Source: Hormiphora californensis
Lineage: Eukaryota > Animalia > Ctenophora
Direction: 5' to 3'
Length of the DNA: 64,000 bases
Assembly: GCA_020137815.1 (NCBI GenBank)
Contig: CM035356.1
Coordinates: 4,774,001 to 4,838,000, forward strand
A program made the translations under genes and the position numbers. Within the stretch, counting starts at the first letter, position 1, and each line of letters begins with the position of its first letter. Positions 32,317 to 45,046 of the stretch are shown here, piece after piece. The notes under the pieces are model-generated. The model was not told where the DNA came from and did not search any database. It was given only the letters and a program-made list of their open reading frames with translations.

Positions 32317-35300
32317 TAGAGCTGCTGGGTTCTTTTTTGGAATATGTTGGAATTGAGTGTCAGTTACCAGGGATTGATAATATATGTATTCCAATGAGTG
32401 ATGTTGAAAAGTTAATGATCATGGCCTAATTACCGCGTATCATAGTAGATATTTATGAACAATATTAGTTCCTTGCATGGTAGCAACTTCAGTAACTACA
32501 ATATCTCCCTCCATGTTTTGTTGTTGTACTGACTTCTTTCGGACGTTACAAACCACCCATAAGTTCTGTGTCCCTTTATTACAATGGGGTTGCCCGAATG
32601 AGAGCTCTAGAAGAAAATTAGAGTTTCGGGCAACCCCATTTTGAAAATCTGGAAACAACCTGGATTGGATGGGGCTGAATTCAAGAAGGCCATTTATTAA
32701 TAATAATATAAGTTATATCACAACACTAAATAAATCTTGCTCCGTCAGGCCATTGCTCTGACCACATTTCTCGCACGTTTGAAAGAAATGAGAATAGGGT
32801 CAGGCCAATGCTCAGTGATCTGACAGAACTTGGTAGTTTGGCACAAATATACCTAATATACGTCATAGTTTATTACGTAAATACGTAAAACTCATCTTCG
32901 TCAATATCACAGTCCACAAATTCCATCTCACTTACAACAAAGTCGCCCCTTGATTCGTAAAGATTCACAACTAGGGCTACAGAAAAGTCTACAATCGCAC
33001 CAATCCGTATACTTGCAGTTCGTTTCACAAGTCTATCATTGTTCCTTGAACGGTGGCCTCGCCTTGTTGCTCCTTTATAAATATTTCTATCGTTCCGTTT
33101 CCGGATGCGTCGTGATCTCCTTGACGCGTTGTTTTTCTCACGGAGTGATCGGTTCCAAATGGTACTCCGGAGATCTCCCGTGATCACCACTACCTCAATC
33201 GAGTGTAGCCACCACATTCCTGCAGGATCAATTACATAGTCATTAGAAGGGCGGGGATTATAGTCATTATAAGGAGCGGGGATTATAGTCATTATAAGGG
33301 GCGGGGATTATAGTCATTAGAAGGGCGGGGATTATAGTCATTATAAGGGCGGGGACTATAGTCATTAGAAGGGCGGGGATTATAGTCATTAGAGGGGCGG
33401 GGACTATAGTCATTATAAGGGGCGGGGACTATAGTCATTAGAAGGGCGGGGATTATAGTCATTATAAGGGGCGGGGATTATAGTCATTAGAAGGGCGGGG
33501 ATTATAGTCATTATAAGGGCGGGGATTATAGTCATTAGAGGGGCGGGGACTATAGTCATTAGAAGGGCGGGGATTATAGTCATTAGAAGGGCGGGGATTA
33601 TAGTCATTAGAAGGGCGGGGATTATAGTCATTAGAAGGGCGGGGATTATAGTCATTAGAAGGGCGGGGATTATAGTCATTAGAAGGGCGGGGATTATAGT
33701 CATTATAAGGAGCGGGGATTATAGTCATTAGAAGGGCGGGGATTATAGTCATTAGAAGGGCGGGGATTATAGTCATTAGAAGGAGCGGGGATTATAGTCA
33801 TTAGAAGGGCGGGGATTATAGTGCTGTTTCCTCGATTACTGAAAAACTCACCAACACTGACCAGCCAGTTGTAAAACCTCCGATTGTGATCGAACAGGAT
33901 CCCGCGGAGAGGAGCAACGTGACATTTGCAACCAACCCTACCACATCCGATGTTGCCCTTACAAAATCTGCAATTGTGTTTAGCAGCTCGCCCGTTCCAG
34001 TCCAGTTCCGGTCAGTTTCAGCACCGCCTGATATTGATAAAACGGTCCATTCAGCTAGGAGACGGACTAATGCGTGGGCTCATAAGGCACCGACCACCCC
34101 CGATCTCCTGAAATTCAAGGTAGAGCAACGTAGAAGGTTTGGATTCGAGGTTGCAGATTTTAAGAAGCCCAGGTCGCCTTTCAGTAGTGTCATAGAAGAC
34201 AAAATGAGACCATACACACTGGTTAACAGTAAAACTGGACGACCCCTATCCTCATGATAGAGCTGCTGGGTTCTTTTTTGGAATATGTTGGAATTGAGTG
34301 TCAGTTACCAGGGATTGATAATATATGTATTCCAATGAGTGATGTTGAAAAGTTAATGATCATGGCCTAATTACCGCGTATCATAGTAGATATTTATGAA
34401 CAATATTAGTTCCTTGCATGGTAGCAACTTCAGTAACTACAATATCTCCCTCCATGTTTTGTTGTTGTACTGACTTCTTTCGGACGTTACAAACCACCCA
34501 TAAGTTCTGTGTCCCTTTATTACAATGGGGTTGCCCGAATGAGAGCTCTAGAAGAAAATTAGAGTTTCGGGCAACCCCATTTTGAAAATCTGGAAACAAC
34601 CTGGATTGGATGGGGCTGAATTCAAGAAGGCCATTTATTAATAATAATATAAGTTATATCACAACACTAAATAAATCTTGCTCCGTCAGGCCATTGCTCT
34701 GACCACATTTCTCGCACGTTTGAAAGAAATGAGAATAGGGTCAGGCCAATGCTCAGTGATCTGACAGAACTTGGTAGTTTGGCACAAATATACCTAATAT
34801 ACGTCATAGTTTATTACGTAAATACGTAAAACTCATCTTCGTCAATATCACAGTCCACAAATTCCATCTCACTTACAACAAAATCACCCCTTGATTCGTA
34901 AAGATTCACAACTAAAGCTATAGAAAAGTCTACAATCGCACCAATCCGTATACTTGCAGTTCGTTTCACAAGTCTATCATTGTTCCTTGAACGGTGGCCT
35001 CGCCTTGTTGCTCCTTTATAAATATTTCTATCGTTCCGTTTCCGGATGCGTCGTGATCTCCTTGACGCGTTGTTTTTCTCACGGAGTGATCGGTTCCAAA
35101 TGGTACTCCGGAGATCTCCCGTGATCACCACTACCTCAATCGAGTGTAGCCACCACATTCCTGCAGGATCAATTACATAGTCATTAGAAGGGCGGGGATT
35201 ATAGTCATTAGAAGGGCGGGGATTATAGTCATTAGAAGGGCGGGGATTATAGTCATTAGAAGGGCGGGGATTATAGTCATTAGAAGGGCGGGGATTATAG

Positions 35301-35660
35301 TCATTAGAAGGGCGGGGATTATATTCATTAGAAGGGCGGGGATTATAGTCATTAGAAGGGCGGGGATTATATTCATTAGAAGGGCGGGGATTATAGTCAT
35401 TATAAGGGGCGGGGATTATAGTCATTAGAAGGGCGGGGATTATAGTCATTAGAAGGGCGGGGATTATAGTCATTAGAAGGGCGGGGACTATAGTCATTAG
35501 AAGGGCGGGGACTATAGTCATTAGAAGGGCGGGGATTATAGTTATTAGAAGGGCGGGGACTATAGTCATTAGAAGGGCGGGGATTATAGTCATTAGAAGG
35601 GCGGGGATTATAGTCATTATAAAGGGCGGGGATTATATTCATTAGAAGGGCGGGGATTAT
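31879..35660. repeat. 1941-bp tandem duplication covering the last exons of ANKEF1 (+) and the astacin gene (-)
   Basis: 31879-33237 recurs at 33820-35178; both copies are followed by the 24-bp minisatellite; AGT microhomology at the junction. Confidence 0.9.
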
Positions 35661-38600
35661 TAGTGTCTGACGGTGTATAAGGTCCAAATGAGGCACGGAG
35701 TTTTTCTGAATCAGCTTTTCAAGATGAATCCGACGCAACCGGAATTAGCTTTCTATCTTATCGGGAAGGTTCGGTTCACTCACACCCATTTTTAGTCATT
35801 TTCGCCACGCGAGCCAATCAGAGGCCAGAATTTCGAAATCCAGCCCTCTGATTGGCTCGCGCGGCCAAAAATGAAAAAAATGAACCACACCTTCCCGATA
35901 AGATAGAAAGCTAATTCCGGTTGCGTTGGATTCGTCCTGAAAAACTGATTCAGAATACCTCCGTGCCTCATTTGGACCTTATACACCGTCAGTCCCTAGG
36001 GATTATAGTCATTAGAAGGGCGGGGATTATAGTTATTATAAGGGGCGGGGATTATAGTCATTATAAGGGGCGGGGATTATAGTCATTATAAGGGGCGGGG
36101 ATTATAGTCATTAGAAGGGGCGGGGATTATAGTCATTATAAGGGGCGGGGATTATAGTCATTAGAAGGGCGGGGATTATAGTCATTAGAAGGGCGGGGAT
36201 TATAGTCATTAGAAGGGCGGGGATTATAGTCATTAGAAGGGCGGGGACTATAGTCATTAGAAGGGCGGGGATTATAGTCATTAGAAGGGCGGGGACTATA
36301 GTCATTATAAAGGGCGGGGATTATAGTCATTAGAAGGGCGGGGATTATAGTCATTAGAAGGGCGGGGATTATAGTTATTATAAGGGGCGGGGATTATAGT
36401 CATTATAAGGGGCGGGGATTATAGTCATTATAAGGGGCGGGGATTATAGTCATTAGAAGGGGCGGGGACTATAGTCATTAGAAGGGCGGGGATTATAGTC
36501 ATTAGAAGGGCGGGGACTATAGTCATTAGAAGGGCGGGGATTATAGTCATTAGAAGGGCGGGGACTATAGTCATTAGAAGGGCGGGGATTATAGTCATTA
36601 GAAGGGCGGGGATTATAGTCATTATAAGGGGCGGGGATTATAGTCATTAGAAGGGCGGGGATTATAGTCACTAGCAAAACTGGGGCGATCGTACCGATCG
36701 CAAATCGAGGGACCTGTTTCTATCTTTTTTTCTCTGCCTGCCTGCCTGTCTATCGCTATGTATCTCTATCTCTCTGTCTCTCTCTTTCTGTCTCTCTTTA
36801 TGTCACTTTCTTTGTCTCACTCACCCAGAAAGTCCTGGTGATAGACCTGTCTGGCGCCGCCGACCCCATCTGAGCGCACTGCGAATCAAATTGGGGTATG
36901 GGCGCCGCCATACAGTGATAGACCAGGTAGCTAAGCGAGCTACCTTGTGATGTGATCCCTCTCTTTTACTTTCTCTCTTTCTCTCCCTTTTATGTATGTG
37001 ATGTGACCCCTCTAATTCGCAAGCAGTTCTGAAGCACTTGTGATACGTGATACCTACGAATCACATCGTCACATTGACGGATCACGTCGTCACATTGACG
37101 GATCACGTCGTCACATTGACGATAGGGTGTCACATTTCCGTGCAAATTTGCATTAGATATAGTTAGATTAGAAGGGCGGGGACTATAGTCATTATAAGGG
37201 CGGGGATTATATTCATTAGAAGGGCGGGGATTATAGTCATTATAAGGGCGGGGATTATAGTCATTAGAAGGGCGGGGACTATAGTCATTAGAAGGGCGGG
37301 GATTATAGTCATTAGAAGGGCGGGGATTATAGTCATTATAAGGAGCGGGGATTATAGTCATTAGAAGGGCGGGGATTATAGTCATTAGAAGGGCGGGGAT
37401 TATAGTCATTAGAAGGAGCGGGGACTATAGTCATTAGAAGGGCGGGGATTATATTCATTAGAAGGGCGGGGATTATAGTCATTAGAAGGGCGGGGATTAT
37501 AGTCATTAGAAGGGCGGGGACTATAGTCATTAGAAGGGCGGGGATTATAGTTATTTGAAGGGCGGGGACTATAGTCATTAGAAGGGCGGGGATTATAGTC
37601 ATTAGAAGGGCGGGGACTATAGTCATTAGAAGGGCGGGGATTATAGTTATTTGAAGGGCGGGGACTATAGTCATTAGAAGGGCGGGGATTATAGTCATTA
37701 GAAGGGCGGGGACTATAGTCATTAGAAGGGCGGGGATTATAGTCATTAGAAGGGCGGGGATTATAGTCATTAGAAGGGCGGGGATTATAGTCATTAGAAG
37801 GGCGGGGATTATAGTTATTTGAAGGGCGGGGACTATAGTCATTAGAAGGGGGATAGAAGGGGTGTTTATAACCTAGCAGTAGCTGACCCACCGGGGGGCG
37901 GGGGGGGGGGGGGGGGGGGGGGGCTCACCTGAAGATCCATATGTTATGTCCAATGTACAGTTTTCATTTGATTCCCCCACCGGGACACTTTCCAGTACAG
38001 TGAGAGATTTTATCTGTGCAGAAAACGTGGACAAATCTTTAAACGATTCGGTGGTCTTGAGAACTAAACCTGAAATGGGGAAGTGTCTAGATTTTGCTAA
38101 AATTATTACTGTAGCAAGACTTGTTATACAATTTAGCACTTGGGAGTCGTATATATCATGCAGCTCGCCAGACTACAGCTGTCTCGCCAGCCTAACTAGC
38201 TCCAATTATAAGCTAGATTATAGTGGAGGAAGTAGTTTCACTAAAACTCCTCCACTATAATCTAGCGCAATCTAGCTTATAATTGTAGCTAGTTATAGGC
38301 TGAAACTTTCAGGCTAATGCCAATGTTGGCCACATTGATACCTGAGTGAGATCGACGTCGCGCGCGACTGAGATCGAGAATCTAGGTTGCAATGAACCCA
38401 AATGCCAATGCCGTTCAACGCTGTCTAGACGGGTTTTGACCCAGGTGGGCTTGAGACGTAGTTGGAACGGCCCGTCTAGAGCTAGACGGCCTTGAGACAG
38501 AATAAAAAGAGTATTTTATTTGAACAAAACTTAATATCTTACCTTGATCACTGCTAACAAATGCCCAATCTTGTCCTACACTTGTCCCCCACTGTTCACA

Positions 38601-40722
38601 GTCAACCCCAGAGTTGCACGGTACCAGTACTTTTTTGTTCATCTGAGGGGGGTGGGGGGATGTTCAACCAATACAGAAAAGAAGAGAGAATCAGATAGTT
38701 TATATTAGAATGGGACTGGGAGTTTTAGATGTTATTAATGTTACTAGGGGAACTGAATGAAAGCTGAGTTTAGGGGAGGGGCGTGTGTTTTTAGTGTACA
38801 CAACACACACTCATAACCTGTCTGGCGCCGCGACCCATCTGAGAATCAAATTGGGGTCTGGCGCCGCCAGACAGCTCATAACTTTCAAAACAAAAAACTA
38901 ATTATTTAACGGGTCGTCAAAAGCTAAAAACTGACAATTACTAACCTCTATTGGTTGACAGGCTCCATCCCTACACTCTGTTAATTGAGGGCAGCCCCCA
39001 AAGCAAATCTTTATGTTACAGTGCTCTCCCCTCCACCCCCAGCTACAGCTGCACGTACCCCCCTGGTCACACGCCCCCTTGACACAGTAGCCTCGCTGTG
39101 AGCAGTCCTCGTTGTAGTCTGAAATCAGTTGATCTGAACCAGTGAACCAATGAAATTGAAATTACTTGGATTGAGGAAAGTATGATATGTTGAAATATTT
39201 CCAGTCTGTCTGGCAGCCCCGAATAGAACAGATGTTAATATTGAACATTTGGAACTAAAAGCATGTGACAACAAACCTTTACAAGGGTACATTATCCTCA
39301 GGAGGCGTTTATCTCCCTCACTCAGACCAACTCTCTGTCCAATCTTCCCTTTGTTTGTTCGTCCCAGTGTCTCAATAGTCGGCTTGCCGTTTCGACTGAA
39401 CTAAAGAGAGAGGTGGGTGGAGGGAAAAGGGGAGAGAGGTAGGTAGACTCTACCGCGGTACTGCGGTAGAGGAAGGGATAAGGGGAGAGAAGGAGGGAGG
39501 GACTGAGGGAGAGGGAGAAAGATTATGGGAGAACGAGGGAGGGAACGAGAGGGAGAACTACAGGGAAAAAGATATAGAGCTGGGAGTTAGATAGGGGGCT
39601 CCATACATGGTCACTAGATAAACGCGTTGAATTGTTCATACTTTTTTATTCTAACACAGTGTCAGGCGACTCAAAATATACGGGAAACACAGCCTTACCT
39701 GATGGGAGGAGTAGTGCATTATGTACCTGATGGGAGGAGTAGTGCATTATGTACCTGATGGGAGGAGTAGTGCATTATGTACCTGATGGGAGGAGTAGTG
39801 CATTATGGACTCAAAATCATACGGTTCCTCAAACCACGTTACGTATTCCTTTTTCTGGCGCAGAAAGTTCCGAAAATACCTTAGCTGTAGGTGGAATACG
39901 GATGATAAGGGAATGATAAGTCCCGAATGATCTGCCAGATTATCCGAGCATTGGCCTGACCCATTCTCGTTTCTCTTAAGCGCGAGAACTGTGGTCAGAG
40001 CATTGGCCTGACAGCGAATGAGCGAAATCTAGAATTACTTTGTGGTTTCAGCGATCCAATTTATAAGCTCACTGAAGAACCGGGCCGGGGACCTGAGGAT
40101 CAAAATTGCAAAACTAATTGCACAACTCACGTTCACATTGTCCCAATTGACAGTAACATATTTCTCGCGGTCAAGTCGGGCGATAGTGTGCCATAGTCCC
40201 AATGTGTGGAGCAGCTCATGGATGACGTTGCCTATTGTGGCACACCCCTGTCCAATGGACACCAGCTGTCCACCACCCTGTCGTCCTATCTACTGGGGGT
40301 GGTGGCTATATCACTGGTGTGGTTAAACTGAGATATATGGCTCCCGGTATTCGGAAGTGATGTTCAACTAGGCACAACATGTAATTTAAAGTCAGTTGTC
40401 ATAAATCTTATGGATATATCAGAACGCTGGTGAGCGCCCAGGGCCCAACAACTCCTAAACTTATCAATTACCTTAGAAGAGCACTGGTAAGGGTCGTTGT
40501 ACAAGACAGCGTGGTCCCTGCCGTCACCCTTGGAGAGCTCCACGAATCGTATACACGTGTGGAATTCTATCTGCCACATCGCTTCTCTGACACGGTGCCG
40601 GTACCATCGGGCACTAGATTCCTTGAATGAAGGGTAGAAAAGGAACGGGACAGTACCATTCTCCCAATAGAACGATGTATCTGAGTATGCTGCAGCTCTC
40701 TTAGGTCGGCTGGGTGTATAAC
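34814..40722 (-). CDS. Astacin (M12A) metalloprotease with EGF-like and MAM-like domains; N-terminal exon(s) not located
   Basis: Exons 40722-40472 (RPKR/AA cleavage site, WENGTVP, TCIRFVE), 40289-40131 (HELLHTLGLWH..RLDR), 39884-39783 (PYDFESIMHY), 39400-39277 (IGQRVGLSEGD), 39118-38946 (C-rich, CSCSWGWRGEHC), 38642-38543, 38069-37929, 35160-34814. All phases fit. Confidence 0.88.
35661..35998. mobile_element. hAT-type MITE inserted in the minisatellite
   Basis: TAGTGTCTGACGGTGTATAAGG...CCTTATACACCGTCAGTCCCTA; ~120-bp inverted arms; 8-bp TSD GGGATTAT. Confidence 0.8.
36847..36915. mobile_element. Tiny CTGTCTGG...CAG hairpin MITE, copy 1
   Basis: 8-bp TSD TGATAGAC; related copies at 38818-38874 and 46497-46544. 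Confidence 0.7.
38818..38874. mobile_element. Tiny CTGTCTGG...CCAGACAG hairpin MITE, copy 2
   Basis: 8-bp TSD CTCATAAC. Confidence 0.7.
39697..39808 (-). repeat. Four tandem 28-bp copies of the astacin exon end plus donor site
   Basis: CATAATGCACTACTCCTCCCATCAG|GTA with exon ends at 39783, 39755, 39727, 39699. Confidence 0.9.
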
Positions 40723-40922
40723 CTGCAATGGACCGTGGAATTGTTAGTGGTGAAGTAAAGTATTTTATGAAGGAGCAATTTTTCTAGTCGCCGAAAAATG
40801 GTCAGACGTTGGGCCATAACTTCCTATTGAACTTTGATTTAGTTTCTCTTTAACCTCTTTGAATTTGAAAACCAGGCCTTGACTAGCACCGGAAAACGAA
40901 CCAGAGTTCGACTACTGCCACA

Positions 40923-42840
40923 ATGACAGACGTAGTTCTGAACCTAAACTCATGCGCCAAACGGGCCATTTTCTCACAGCTCCTCTCAAACTGTGTCTAC
41001 ATCATAAAGCATGGCTTGCTCTCCCCCGAGTTGTTTGTCCGGAGGGTCCAGAAAAGGCAATCCAAGAGGCTCCGAAAGAAAGGGGTGAATATGAACGCAA
41101 AGGGGTGTGAGTACGCGGTCGCAGAAAACATACTCCACCACCTGAAGACCCTGCCATCTCCATTGATCCCGTGGAACTTGTACCAACAACTCAGAGGACT
41201 ACTGGACGTTTACACGCCCCAAGCACGGACAGCCATCATCACCGAGGCTTTCAAAGATGTTGATACAAGTACTGCTTACGTATTCCAAGCACTGCTGAAG
41301 ACACTTCACCTAATGACGTGTTTTGAGGGCTGTACTGTTTGCCCTGAGTGCGGCCGGACACTGGAAGGAAATGAGATTTCTCAAACTATGGTTTCCGTTC
41401 CGATCACCTCGTATCTGCTGAGGGAGAGGGTAGAAGGAGGTCACTGGTTCATGACATGGGGCCAACAGGCGAGTGATGTGGAAGTGGTAAAGATTCTGGC
41501 TCGACACTGGAGGGAGGTGGGAAATAGTGGAGTTATACCTGATACATATCTACCTTCATGTAAGTATACCAGGAATTAAAAATTAAGAAAAAATTAGAAC
41601 AGATTTCAATGGCATATATGGTTAAGACTAACAGCTGTATCTCTTGTAGTGATAAAATGGTATTGTCACGTGATAAACGGTTGCCATGGAGCCGAGGAGC
41701 CCCGTGAGATTCCAGTGCTGGAGGTAGACCACCTCATATCACCGCTGACCTTCAAACAACAACGGGAAACGAAACCAAGTAAGGGCTTCATGAGTTATAT
41801 TAGCAGTAGAAAATTGAACGAGGTATCAACTCAATCAACCTGAAATCTAGCTAAGCTTAAGTTAAATCGAGCATTGCTGAATTGCATTCAACAATAAACC
41901 CATCCATACAGGTTGTGATTTCGAACTCACTCTCTACAAAGTTCCACTTGATTTGTCCGATAACAACGTATCCGATATGAAATCACTGGAAACTCTCGAT
42001 ACCCTCTACGAGCAGAATGTCCAGAGTCTAAAGGCCCTACAATGCCAACTCGAAGAACGAAGGAAGAATGACGGTCGGAGTCGTGCGGAGAGAAAGGCAG
42101 CAACTTTGGACCTTGTCAAGTGGATTATGAAGAGCCAGGAGAAAGGGGTGGATAACATTTGGAAACCTGCCAAGGAAGAGTTGCTCGTGGAAGAAGAGGG
42201 AGAAAAGGATCATGATCAGATTGAGATAAACTCGGCTCTTGTGGAGGTTATGTCAGGAAATGTTCTATCTGGGTGCGGTGGTGGAAGTTGGGACATGTGG
42301 GGGTCCTGTAAAAGTTCACCAGAGGAGTCCCTCACGGGCAGCTATTGGAGCAAAGAGGAATTTTTGGATACATCTGTCTCACGCATCCTCTCCTTGCTCA
42401 AACAACCGAGTTTGAAAAGGTTGGAAGCCCTGGCAAACCGACTGGCACCAATCATGACTATGAAAAGCACCAGTGCTGCCTTGGCAGCCTCGTCCATGGC
42501 ATTCAAGAAGCCCCTCCATTTGGTGAAGGAGTTCGTACCCCGGTCTGAGAGAAACAAGACACGTGCTGCAGCTGCCAGGAGCATCAACCTCATTTACCCG
42601 CCTGGCCTAATGGCAGGGACTGCTAACCTCTCGGGGGTCCATCTGAAACCCATATCCCTCCAAAGTATCCCCGGGCAGATATTAGTTGGACGGCCAATTC
42701 AGCGGCCATTTCCCGTGTATCACGTGCCTGCCCAGAACTTTAACACCCACATCCCGCCCCTTCCCAAGGAGTTAGTTCACGAGACGCCTCCCAATCTTTC
42801 TACAATCAAGGTGCTTAGTCAACTATTTAACACTTATTGA
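40923..42840 (+). CDS. RhoGAP-like domain protein with degenerate arginine-finger region
   Basis: Exons 40923-41559, 41650-41778, 41912-42840 (phase 1/1). VAENILHHLKTLPSPLIPWNLY resembles the RhoGAP LK.FLRELP.PL helix; later coiled coil and Pro-rich tail. Confidence 0.6.
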
Positions 42841-43732
42841 GTTTTTCTTTTGTTTTAGTTTTTAGTTATTGGGTGATTTTTAGTATTCCGTTATTTGTAT
42901 TTTATGTGTTTTTCAATTAACTACAATTTTATCTTCCTATGTAAATTGTTAATTTCAATGACGAGATACGCGATGTCTAGGTCTCACGTTATATGGACGT
43001 AGAAATGTAAATTGTAAATTAATTTTGTGTAACTTTCTGCAAATAAACACTACTAAATGATATCCGTGCTTGTTACAGCTATACTAATCAAGAATATAAA
43101 CTAGTACAAGCCGGTTCCAAACAAATGTTTCGATCCTACAGATCTTGTCGTCCACTGACGAGATCCGTTGGATTTGATTGGAACCGGCTTGTTTTAACTC
43201 GTTTGCTGCTCTCGGTTCTTAATTGGATCGCTTGAGCTCTCTCGTGTACGATCATGCTGGGTCGACAATCAACATTGCTCATGGTTCGGTGGTGGGCGTC
43301 GAGCTACCAATTAAAAGTGGTCATAATTATCCCTGCATTATATTTCATATTGGGCGAAAACAGTCGTGCATAAATTTAGGGTTCAGCGACGGCTATTTCC
43401 TGAGATTTCAAGGAAATTTTCAGGGAAAAGTCAAGCTTATTCTAGAATACCGTGACTTGAACTCACAAATATGTTCGCGAATTTTTTCTCCAAAGCTATG
43501 TAATTTTTCACCGCCAACCTTTCTGTGTCTAAATCTCGGTCGTTGCAAGCAGAACAAAGGGGTGAAGGTCTGAGATAGACAGCCTGTCTATGGGAATGGT
43601 AAAGAGTGGAATGAGTGAGAGACGGCGAGAGAAGGATAGAGATTCAGCTAGTCTGCTGTAACTGCAATGATTGGAAGTTATAATTGGTCCAGCTATTCGA
43701 TAGAGTGAGAGAGAGGAGAGAGAGAGGAGAGG

Positions 43733-43774
<42 letters not shown>

Positions 43775-43971
43775 ATAGAGACGAGAGAGAGAGATCCAGA
43801 GTACGAGCGAGAGTAGCTGGAGAGCGCGAGAGCGAGATAGAGCGAGGAGAGAGAGAGATAGAGAGAGGGAGAGAGATCGAGAGAGAGAGAGAGCGAGAGC
43901 GAGAGAGGAGCTATCGATCTCTCTCTCTCCGCTATCTCTCTCTCGCTCTCTCTCTCTCTACGCTCTCTCTC

Positions 43972-44040
<69 letters not shown>

Positions 44041-45046
44041 ATTTCTCACACACAAACACACATCTCTGTCAAAATGTGCACAGACATACATGAGTTGTCA
44101 CCGAAGGAGGAAGTTTAAGAAATCTACAGTAGCAGTTATAGTAACTGAGTTACTGTAACTTACTGTAATTTAGCAGAAGAAAGCTTTGCAAACATGCATA
44201 AACGCCCAAAGAAAACCAAGAGAACTATATTCATAGTTAGTTAATAATCTGGCGAACTCTTAGTCTATTTCTCACCTGATGCAGATATAAAGTAAAGGGC
44301 AAAGAGCAGAAGCATTCTTGAATAACGGAACCCTCTACAGTCTACAATTAGAGTCTGTACCCTCGTCCCCCCTCTCTCTCTTCCTCCCTTTCTACTTCTC
44401 CCTTCAATTATACCCATTCTCTCTCTCTGTCCCTCTCTGGAGGGACACTGGACACTATTATCTCTCTCACACACTCTCTTCCGCGTGCAAGTTGTGCAGA
44501 CTGGCCTGCAGAAACGTGAGATCAGCATTATAATGGAACGCGACGTAGACACTGAAAACGGAATGCTGATCTCTTGCCAGAAAAGCAGAAATTGTCTAGT
44601 TTCACCTTTTAGAGCTTGACCGAGACGAAGAAATGAAATGACGCGGTATTTTTGTTGTACCTTTCAAATTCAATAGTCAGTCATAAAAAAAGCATGACAT
44701 GATCACTTTTCGTTTACAGACTTTCCTACTTCCCCCTCTCTCTATCTCTATCTCTATCTCTATCTCTATCTCTATCTCTATCTCTATCTCTATCTCTATC
44801 TCTATCTCTATCTCTATCTCTATCTCTATCTCTATCTCTATCTCTATCTTCTTTTCTCCCAATCTCACATTTCCTAGCAAACACACAGAATTATATTCAT
44901 ATTCTCTCCGGGATCTGTAAAAAAAACTAAATGTCACTCTCGAATTGTCAAATCATACACACACGTAATCACTCTCTGTCACGCAAAATACATAATTATA
45001 ACTATACCACACTCACACACGCCAAACAAAAATTGATCATATAATC

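Larger units (their letters stand above)
33238..37850. repeat. 24-bp minisatellite arrays (33238-33820, 35178-35660, 35999-36670, 37167-37850)
   Basis: Unit TAGTCATTAGAAGGGCGGGGATTA; source of the spurious MTIIPALL and NDYNPRPS ORFs. Confidence 0.95.

Noticed and set aside
33238-37891. MTIIPALL / NDYNPRPS repeat proteins
   Set aside because: Translations of a stop-free 24-bp minisatellite inside an astacin intron.
40131-40230. HT instead of HE after the third zinc His as a sign of inactive astacin
   Set aside because: All three His, the catalytic Glu and SIMHY are intact, and Thr at this position occurs in other invertebrate astacins.
18690-43192. Small hairpins (18690-18775, 38187-38300, 43107-43192) as ncRNA or miRNA genes
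   Set aside because: No expression or family evidence; more simply explained as MITE remnants in a hairpin-rich genome.
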